The position numbers and the translations under genes are program-made. Positions 32,087 through 38,776 of a DNA stretch of 38,776 nucleotides are shown in pieces. A model generated the notes under the pieces. It saw only the letters and a program-made list of their open reading frames with translations, did no database searches and had not been told where the DNA came from. Every line of letters starts with the position of its first letter. The first letter of the stretch is position 1. Source of the stretch: Myxococcales bacterium (GTDB taxonomy: Bacteria > Myxococcota_A > Polyangia > DRWM01 > JAAZOP01); contig JAAZOP010000036.1 of assembly GCA_012797735.1 (NCBI GenBank), forward strand, positions 1 through 38,776. The letters run 5' to 3'.

Positions 32087-32209
32087 CGGCTCTCGGCCGG
32101 ATCGGCCGGCGGGGTCCCGGAACGCGGAGAGCGACGCTCCCGATTCCCTCGTTGCGGCCTTCCCAGCAGTCGGGCTAGGTTGCCGTCCCGGCGGAGGGGA
32201 CGGCGCAGG

Positions 32210-33541
32210 ATGGGCGCAGGAGAAGCGGTTCGCCGGTTCTATCGTCCCGCGGCGGCGGCCGAGCCGATCGCCGACCCGGAGCGGGTGCGCGCGGAGTGGA
32301 TCCGCTGGCGCGCGCGGATGTTCTTCGGCTTCTTCGTCGGCTACGCGGTGCTCTACTTCTGCCGCAAGAACATCTCGACCGCCCTCCCCGTGATGGCCGG
32401 CGACCTCGGGTACTCCAACACCGCCCTCGGCGTCATCGGCTCCACGCTCTACGTCACCTACGGCCTGGGCAAGTTCGTCAACGGCGTGCTGGCCGACCGG
32501 GCCAACGTGCGCGCGTTCCTCGCCACGGCGCTGGTCGTCTCGGGCGTCTGCAATCTCGTTTTCGGCTCCCTGTCCGCGTTGTGGGCGCTGTCGTTCGCCT
32601 GGGGCGCCAACGGCTGGTTCCAATCGATGGGCTTTCCGCCGATCGCGCGCGGGATGACGTTGTGGTTCCCGCCGGCGGGCAAGGCGACGCGCTGGGCGTT
32701 GTGGACCTGCTCGCACCAGGCAGGGACGGCGGCGGTGATGGCGTTCACCGCCTGGATCCTCGGCTGGGGCGGGTGGCGCTGGTGCTTCCGTCTGCCCGGC
32801 CTGATCTGCATCGGGCTGGGCCTGGCGCTGTGGTTCGTGATGCGCGACACGCCGGCCTCCTGCGGCCTCCCGCCGCTCGACCCGTTCCCCGACCGGAAGC
32901 GCGAGCCGGCGGAGGACGAGGCCGACTACCGGGCGACGTTCGTGCGGCTCGTGCTGCGGAACCGCAACGTCTGGGTGATCGGCTTCGCCGACCTGTTCGC
33001 CTACGTCGTGCGTTTCGGCTCGTTGGATTGGGTGCCGAAGTTCCTCAAGGAGGCGCGGGGCTACGAGGCGGGAGCGGCGGGCTTCTCGAGCGCGATCATG
33101 CCGTTGTTCGGGGTGGCCGGCGTGCTGCTGGCGGGTTTCGTCGCCGACCGGGTGTTTCGCGGACGGTATCGGGCGGTCAACGCCATCGCCTTCGCGGTGC
33201 TGGGACTGGCGCTGCTCGGCTTCTGGGGCATCGGGCCCGGCCACCCGCTGCTCGACCTGGCGTTGATGGCGGCGGTCGGGTTCCTGGTCGAGGTGCCGCA
33301 GTCGATCCTGGGCGCCGTCGCCGCGGTCGACGCCGGCGGCTCGGCCCGCATCGCCTCGGCCTCCGTCGGGCTGGTGGGCATCCTGGCCTACATCGGCGCG
33401 ACCGGCTCGGCCGTGGGCACCGGTTCGTTCGTCGATGCGTTCGGCTGGGACGGGGCGTTCTACCTCTGGATCGGCTGCGCCGCGGCCGGCCTGCTCCTGT
33501 GCCTGCTCGTCTGGAAGGAACCGCCGGTGCGGGGCGTCTGA
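32210..33541 (+). CDS. MFS organophosphate:Pi antiporter family (GlpT/UhpC-like)
   Basis: GYAVLYFCRKN, YGLGKFVNGVLADRAN, NGWFQSMG.PP, W..SH..G, RDTP..CGLPP, YVVRFG.LDW.P. Confidence 0.9.
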   Translation: MGAGEAVRRFYRPAAAAEPIADPERVRAEWIRWRARMFFGFFVGYAVLYFCRKNISTALPVMAGDLGYSNTALGVIGSTLYVTYGLGKFVNGVLADRANVRAFLATALVVSGVCNLVFGSLSALWALSFAWGANGWFQSMGFPPIARGMTLWFPPAGKATRWALWTCSHQAGTAAVMAFTAWILGWGGWRWCFRLPGLICIGLGLALWFVMRDTPASCGLPPLDPFPDRKREPAEDEADYRATFVRLVLRNRNVWVIGFADLFAYVVRFGSLDWVPKFLKEARGYEAGAAGFSSAIMPLFGVAGVLLAGFVADRVFRGRYRAVNAIAFAVLGLALLGFWGIGPGHPLLDLALMAAVGFLVEVPQSILGAVAAVDAGGSARIASASVGLVGILAYIGATGSAVGTGSFVDAFGWDGAFYLWIGCAAAGLLLCLLVWKEPPVRGV

Positions 33542-33568
33542 GCCCGGGTTCCGGCAGGATCGGTTGTG

Positions 33569-34336
33569 ATGGGGCTGTTCGACGACACGGACGGGTTGAT
33601 CGGAGGCGCGAAGGTCGCGGCCGGGTGGGGCATCCTCGCCCTGGACACCACGGCGCTCGGCGTTGCCGCCATTGCGCTCTCGGCGTTGCCGGGGGGTTCG
33701 GAACGCGCCTACGCCGTCGGCCGGTTCTGGAGCCTGCTCAACCTGCGCATCCTGGGGGCCGAGTTGCGCGTGCACGGCCGCGAGCGCCTGGTTCCGGGCC
33801 GGCCCTACGTCGTGATGGCGAACCACCAGAGCCACCTCGACACGTGGGCGGTGATCGCCGCGCTGCCGATGCGGCTGAGCTACGTGATGAAGCAGGAGCT
33901 GCGATCGATCCCGATCTTCGGCTACGGTTGCGAGCGCCTCGGGATGGTCTACGTCGAGCGGGGGAACCGGGAGTCGGCGCGGCGATCGATGGCCGAGGCG
34001 GCGCGCAAGGTCGCCGCGGGCACTTCGGTCGTGTTCTACCCCGAGGGGACGCGCAGCCGGGACGGGCGCCTCGGGACCTTCAAGACCGGCGGCTTCCGCC
34101 TCGCGCTCGAGGCCGGCGTCCCGATCCTGCCGCTGTCGATCGCCGGGACGCGCGCGCTGTTTCCGGCCGACGACTGGCGCTTCCGTGCGGGCCGGATTGA
34201 CGTCACGATCGGTGAGCCGATTCCCTGCGCGGGACGGCCGGCCGCGGACCTCGAGCGGCTCGTCGCGCAGACGCGTGCCGCGATTCTCGCCGCCCTGCCG
34301 CCGGAGCACCGGCCGCACGGCGCCGGGCGAGGCTGA
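33569..34336 (+). CDS. plsC: 1-acyl-sn-glycerol-3-phosphate acyltransferase
   Basis: NHQSHLD (HX4D), YPEGTRS, FKTGGF.LA. Confidence 0.9.
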   Translation: MGLFDDTDGLIGGAKVAAGWGILALDTTALGVAAIALSALPGGSERAYAVGRFWSLLNLRILGAELRVHGRERLVPGRPYVVMANHQSHLDTWAVIAALPMRLSYVMKQELRSIPIFGYGCERLGMVYVERGNRESARRSMAEAARKVAAGTSVVFYPEGTRSRDGRLGTFKTGGFRLALEAGVPILPLSIAGTRALFPADDWRFRAGRIDVTIGEPIPCAGRPAADLERLVAQTRAAILAALPPEHRPHGAGRG

Positions 34337-34402
34337 CGCTTCGGGCCGACGGGACGGCCGGCGCCGCTTGATCGCCCGGCGCGGCGATGGTAGCAGCGGC
34401 GC

Positions 34403-35371
34403 ATGCGGATCGCGATCATCGGTCCGGGAGCCGTCGGTTGCACGCTCGGCGCGTACCTCTCGCGGGCGGGGCGGGAGGTGGTGTTCCTGGCGCCGGACGA
34501 GGCGGAGGCGGAGCGGCTGGCGCGCCGCGGCCTCGACGTGGAGGGCGTGCGCGGGTCGTTCCACGTTCCGGCGGCGGCGACATGCGATGCCTCCCGGGTC
34601 GGTCCCGTCGAACTGGCGATCGTCGCGACGAAGGCCTACGACACGGCGCAGGCGATGTGGCAGCACGCGGCGGTGGTGGGGCCGGCGACGATGGTCGCGA
34701 CGTTCCAGAACGGGCTGGGCAACGTGGAGGCGATCGGCGGCGTGGTTGGCCCCGCCCGAGTGCTCGGCGGCACCACCGCCCTCGGCGCCAACCTGCTCGG
34801 GCCCGGCCGCGTGCATCACGCGGGGGAGGGCGACACGTTCGTCGGCGAACCGTCGGGCGGGATCTCCGGCCGCGCCGAGCACGTGGCGCGGGTGCTGACC
34901 GAGGCCGGGATCCCGACCGCGGCCGTGCCCGACGTGACGGTGCGGATCTGGGCCAAGCTGGCGATCAACGCGGGAATCAACGCGCTGACCGCCCTGCTGC
35001 GGGTGCGCAACGGCGTCCTGGCGCGGCATCCCGAGACGCTGGCGCTGCTCGAGTCGGCGGTGCGCGAGACGGCGGCGGTGGCGCGGGCGCGCGGGATCCC
35101 GCTGGAGGCGGAGATGCTGGTCGAGCGGGCTCGCGAGGTGGCGCGGCGCACGGCCGACAACGTCTCGAGCATGCTGGCCGACGTGTTGGCCGGCCGGCGC
35201 ACCGAGATCGCCGAGATCAACGGCGCGGTCGCTGTCGCGGCCCGCGAAACGGGCGTCCCGGCGCCCGTCAACGAGGCGCTGGCGGTGTTGGTGTGCGCCG
35301 CAGAGGCGACCCGCGCCGAACGCATCGAATCCCCCGGGCCGCCGGCCGGCGCCGGCGGCCCCGCCGGCTAG
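34403..35371 (+). CDS. panE: 2-dehydropantoate 2-reductase
   Basis: MRIAIIGPGAVG, ATKAYD, QNGLG, W.KLAINAGINALTA, SSMLAD...RRTEI..ING. Confidence 0.95.
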   Translation: MRIAIIGPGAVGCTLGAYLSRAGREVVFLAPDEAEAERLARRGLDVEGVRGSFHVPAAATCDASRVGPVELAIVATKAYDTAQAMWQHAAVVGPATMVATFQNGLGNVEAIGGVVGPARVLGGTTALGANLLGPGRVHHAGEGDTFVGEPSGGISGRAEHVARVLTEAGIPTAAVPDVTVRIWAKLAINAGINALTALLRVRNGVLARHPETLALLESAVRETAAVARARGIPLEAEMLVERAREVARRTADNVSSMLADVLAGRRTEIAEINGAVAVAARETGVPAPVNEALAVLVCAAEATRAERIESPGPPAGAGGPAG

Positions 35372-35470
35372 ATCGGCGCGCAGGAACTCTCCGTGGCCGC
35401 CGGAGACGTCGCCGGAAGGACGCGGCGGCTTGCCGGGGGCGGGAGGTTGGCGGTGGGTCCGACAACCGCC

Positions 35471-35498
35471 TTGTTCCGGAGGGCGCAGGCGATATACT
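35471..35498 (+). promoter_or_regulatory. Candidate sigma70-type promoter for the Trm112-like/REC/lnt/rnc unit
   Basis: TTGTTC-16 nt-TATACT, followed by SD GGAGGAG before ATG 35519. Confidence 0.4.
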
Positions 35499-35518
35499 GG
35501 CGCCGGAGGAGCGAAGCG

Positions 35519-35746
35519 ATGGCGCTGGACTGGCCCGAGGAACTCCTGGCGATCCTGGCGTGCCCGAAGTGCAAGGGCGGGTTGGACCGGCTGGCCGAGC
35601 CGGAAGGGTTCGGCTGCCGGAACTGCGGCCTGTTCTACGCGGTCAGCGACGGGATCCCGAACTTCCTGGTCGAGGAGGCGGTTCCGTGGGATCCGGCGAC
35701 GAGGCGCGGGAGTGCGGGCGGGGCCGCGCCGGCGCGGCCGCGGTGA
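35519..35746 (+). CDS. Trm112-like (YcaR/UPF0434) protein
   Basis: LLAILACPKCKG.L...C.NC...Y.V.DGIP.FL.EEA. Confidence 0.9.
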   Translation: MALDWPEELLAILACPKCKGGLDRLAEPEGFGCRNCGLFYAVSDGIPNFLVEEAVPWDPATRRGSAGGAAPARPR

Positions 35747-35759
35747 GGGAGGGTGCGCG

Positions 35760-36134
35760 ATGGCAGGGCCGCGGATCCTGGTGGTCGAGGACGATCCGGA
35801 CATCCAGCGCATCGTGACCACGGTGTTGTCGAAGGAGTACGAGGTCCGGACGGCGAACGACGGGCTGGAAGGGCTGATGGCGATCGAGCAGGGCTTCAAG
35901 CCCGAACTGGTGATCGCGGACATCATGATGCCCCGGCTCGACGGGATGGCCTTCGTCAAGGCGCTCAAGGGACACCGCGACACCAACCGGATTCCGGTGA
36001 TGTTCCTCACGGCGAAGAGCGCTCCGCGCGAAGTGGTCGAGGGGATCAACCTCGGGGCGCGCTACTACCTGACGAAGCCGTTCAAGGTGGACGAACTGCT
36101 GCAGAAGGTCCACCGGCTGTTGCCGCTCAAGTGA
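35760..36134 (+). CDS. Single-domain response regulator (REC)
   Basis: ILVVEDD, ADIMMPRLDG, FLTAK, YLTKPF. Confidence 0.93.
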   Translation: MAGPRILVVEDDPDIQRIVTTVLSKEYEVRTANDGLEGLMAIEQGFKPELVIADIMMPRLDGMAFVKALKGHRDTNRIPVMFLTAKSAPREVVEGINLGARYYLTKPFKVDELLQKVHRLLPLK

Positions 36135-36158
36135 TCGCGTTCGGCGGATGAGACGGGG

Positions 36159-37772
36159 ATGAAGCGTCGCAGGCTCGCCGACTACGCTCCCGTGGCGTCG
36201 CTCGTGGGGCTGGCGGTGTCGTCGGGCGCGCTGTACTTCCTCGGCTTCGCCGGCTTCAACCAGTGGTATCTCGCGTTCTTCGCCTACGTGCCGTTCGCCG
36301 AGTTCGTGCGCCGGGCCGGGAGCGGCAAGGCCGCGTTCTGGACCGGGTGGCTGATGGGTCTGGTGACCCATCTCGGCGGCTACTACTGGATTCCGGCGAC
36401 GATCGAGCGGTTCGGCGGATTCCCCTGGCCCCTGGCGTTGCTCTTCGACGTGCTGCTCTGCTCGTGGGGCGGCCTGTCGTTCGGCCTGCTGGCCTGGGGC
36501 CTCAAGCGCTGGTGGATGGCCGGCGGACGCCCGTTCCCCTCGCTGATCGCCGGCGTCGTCTTCATCGAGTTCGCCTACCCGCTGCTCTTCCCGTCGTACC
36601 TCGCGAACTCGTTCTGGCAGCTCCCGGTGTTCCTGCAGGTCGCCGAGATCGGCGGCCCGCTGCTGCTCTCCGCGGTCGTGGTCTCGGTCGCGACGGCTCT
36701 GTACCTGCTGCTCCGCTGGCGCCCGGGCGGCGAGAAGTTCCCCCGCATCCCCGTGCTCGTCGCGGCGGCCGCCCTGGCTGCGACGCTCGCCTACGGCGCG
36801 CTGCGCATCGAGCAGGTCGATGCCGGCCAGCGGGAGGCGGAGCCGTTGCGGGTCGGCATCGTGCAGGTCAACATGGGGACCTACCAGAAGCACGAGGAGC
36901 CGGAGGAGGGGCACCGGCGCCACGTCGCCGACTCGCTGGCGTTGCAGGCGGCGGGGGTGGACCTGATCGTGTGGCCCGAGTCGGCGTACCTGTACACCGT
37001 GCCGTGGGAACCCGGCTCGGACCTCTCCGAATACGTGACGCGGCGGGCGGACGTGGCGGGAGAGATCCGCACCCCGCTCCTGTTCGGCGCCCCGCGGATC
37101 GACCGCAGCGGCGGGGGCCGCCCGCGCCTGTACAACTCCGCCCTGCTGCTCGACGCGAGCGGCAAGGTCCTCGGCAGCACCGACAAGACCTACCTGCTCG
37201 CGTTCGGCGAGTACCTGCCGTTCGGCGAGACGTTCCCCTGGCTGTACGATCTGTCGCCGCACTCCGGCCGCTTCACGCCGGGCACGCGACTCGAGGCGCT
37301 GCCGTTCGGCGGATACCGGGTCGGCGCGCTGATCTGCTACGAGGACGTCCTGCCGGGGTTCACGCGCAAGCTGGTGAACGCCACGCGCCCGAACCTGCTG
37401 GTCAACCTCACGAACGACGCGTGGTTCGGCGCGACGACAGAGCCGGAGATCCACCTGGCCCTGTCGGTGTTCCGTGCCGTCGAACACCGGCGCTGGCTGG
37501 TCCGCGCGACGAACTCGGGCATCTCCGCCGTCGTCGACCCGGTGGGCCGCATCGTCGCGCGCAGCGGGCAGATGACCCGTGAGACGGTCCGCGCGACCGT
37601 GCGCTGGCAGTCCGGCCAGACGCTGTACGGTTTCGCCGGCGATTGGATCGGCTGGCTGTCCACGGCCGCGGTCGCCTGGGCGTTCTTCCGCCTGTGGCGC
37701 CACGGCCACCTGCGGCTGCGCTGGCGCCGCGCGAAACCGCTGCCCGGCACCAGGGTCAAGGGCGGGAGATAG
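36159..37772 (+). CDS. lnt: Apolipoprotein N-acyltransferase
   Basis: Multiple TM helices; nitrilase-fold triad WPES, K in DKTYLLAFGEY, ICYE; NLTNDAWFG; RATNSGIS. Confidence 0.95.
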   Translation: MKRRRLADYAPVASLVGLAVSSGALYFLGFAGFNQWYLAFFAYVPFAEFVRRAGSGKAAFWTGWLMGLVTHLGGYYWIPATIERFGGFPWPLALLFDVLLCSWGGLSFGLLAWGLKRWWMAGGRPFPSLIAGVVFIEFAYPLLFPSYLANSFWQLPVFLQVAEIGGPLLLSAVVVSVATALYLLLRWRPGGEKFPRIPVLVAAAALAATLAYGALRIEQVDAGQREAEPLRVGIVQVNMGTYQKHEEPEEGHRRHVADSLALQAAGVDLIVWPESAYLYTVPWEPGSDLSEYVTRRADVAGEIRTPLLFGAPRIDRSGGGRPRLYNSALLLDASGKVLGSTDKTYLLAFGEYLPFGETFPWLYDLSPHSGRFTPGTRLEALPFGGYRVGALICYEDVLPGFTRKLVNATRPNLLVNLTNDAWFGATTEPEIHLALSVFRAVEHRRWLVRATNSGISAVVDPVGRIVARSGQMTRETVRATVRWQSGQTLYGFAGDWIGWLSTAAVAWAFFRLWRHGHLRLRWRRAKPLPGTRVKGGR

Positions 37773-37802
37773 GCGCGGCGCGGCCGCGCGGGGACGGACG
37801 AG

Positions 37803-38537
37803 ATGGTGGAAAGAACGCGGTTGGACCTCGGCTACGAGTTCCGCGACCCCTCGCTGCTGCAGCGGGCGCTGACGCACGCGAGCTACGTCAACGAGTCGAG
37901 CGAGCCGCTGCAGAGCAACGAGGTGCTGGAGTACCTCGGCGACGCCGTGCTCGACATGCTCGTCGCCGAAGCGCTCGTGGCCTGCATGGCCGAGGCGGGA
38001 GAGGGGACCCTCACGCGGCTCCGCGCGATGCTGGTCGCCGAGGCGGGCCTGGCCCAGGTCGCCCAGGAAATCGGCCTCGGAGAACACCTGCGCCTCGGAC
38101 GGGGCGAAGAGGCCCAGGGCGGTCGCGAACGCCCCGGCCTCCTCGCCGACGCGCTCGAGGCGGTGATCGGCGCGGCGTACACCGACGGCGGCCTGGAGGC
38201 CGCCCGCACCGTGGTGAACCGGCTGTTCGGCCCGCGCCTGGCGCAGGCCGCCGCCACCGCCGGCATCGACCCCAAGAGCCGGCTGCAGGCGGTGGTCCAG
38301 GCGCACCGGCACCTCACACCGAGCTACCGGCTCCGCCGGGCCTGGGGCCCGGACCACGACCGGCAGTTCGAGGTCGAATGCCTGGTCGGGGACGACGTGG
38401 TGGGCACCGGTCGCGGACGCAGCAAGAAGGAGGCGACGATGGCCGCCGCCGCCGCCGCGCTGGAAAAGGCCGCGCCCCCTCTCGACGCGGAGCCGCCTCC
38501 GCGCCGCAAGGAACCCGCCGGAGGCGGAAAGCCGTAG
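37803..38537 (+). CDS. rnc: Ribonuclease III
   Basis: ALTHAS, NEVLEYLGDAVL, ADALEAVIGA..DGG; dsRBD DPKSRLQ..GPDH..F..G.GRSKKEA. Confidence 0.95.
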   Translation: MVERTRLDLGYEFRDPSLLQRALTHASYVNESSEPLQSNEVLEYLGDAVLDMLVAEALVACMAEAGEGTLTRLRAMLVAEAGLAQVAQEIGLGEHLRLGRGEEAQGGRERPGLLADALEAVIGAAYTDGGLEAARTVVNRLFGPRLAQAAATAGIDPKSRLQAVVQAHRHLTPSYRLRRAWGPDHDRQFEVECLVGDDVVGTGRGRSKKEATMAAAAAALEKAAPPLDAEPPPRRKEPAGGGKP

Positions 38538-38584
38538 GACCCGCGGGTGGTTCTCTCCCGCAGGGTCTGCCCGCCCGCGCCGGC

Positions 38585-38617
38585 GGCCGGACCCGCCGGG
38601 CGGCGCCGGGTCCGGCC
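38585..38617. terminator. 10-bp perfect inverted repeat between convergent rnc and hcp
   Basis: GGCCGGACCC (38585-38594) and GGGTCCGGCC (38608-38617); no U-tract. Confidence 0.4.
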
Positions 38618-38621
38618 CGCG

Positions 38622-38776
38622 CTACGCCGGCGTTCCCAGGATCGCCGCCAGGTCCTGCTCCGGCGTGGTGATCGGCATCACGTGGAACTTCTCCGCCAGC
38701 ACCGCGAGGGCCGCCGGCGTCACGAACGCCGGCAGCTTCGGCCCCAGACGGATGTTGCGGATCCCCAGATGCAACA
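38622..38776 (-). CDS. hcp: Hybrid-cluster protein (hydroxylamine reductase), C-terminal fragment; gene starts beyond the window
   Basis: Manual translation LHLGIRNIRLGPKLPAFVTPAALAVLAEKFHVMPITTPEQDLAAILGTPA* matches the characteristic Hcp C-terminus. Not in the ORF track. Confidence 0.88.
   Translation of the reverse strand, partial: LHLGIRNIRLGPKLPAFVTPAALAVLAEKFHVMPITTPEQDLAAILGTPA

Overview
Very GC-rich bacterial chromosomal window. Gene content and style point to a Myxococcota/deltaproteobacterium-like, probably facultative or obligate anaerobe (inference from Asp/Cys-repeat lipoproteins, a split nuo cluster, Hcp, an Hdr-like oxidoreductase and a sigma54 system). From left to right: a membrane Fe-S/CCG oxidoreductase preceded by a catalytically degenerate serine-recombinase-like gene under a candidate sigma54 promoter; a divergent Cache-HAMP kinase plus NtrC-family activator; glgP; a hybrid PAS kinase; EamA; DUF202; prolyl oligopeptidase; a redoxin-PPC lipoprotein; an Lsi2/ArsB-like transporter; ettA; a POT transporter; a pseudo-protease/beta-barrel gene pair; a 7-repeat Asp/Cys lipoprotein; nuoABCDGHI (no nuoEF or nuoJ-N here); a GlpT-like MFS; plsC; panE; Trm112-like, REC, lnt, rnc; and the 3' end of hcp. 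I saw no rRNA, tRNA, CRISPR array or intact mobile element. The best candidates for something new are the sigma54-controlled 'dead resolvase + HdrF-like oxidoreductase' unit and the dead-trypsin/beta-barrel surface protein pair. All family calls come from motif recognition by eye, not from database searches.
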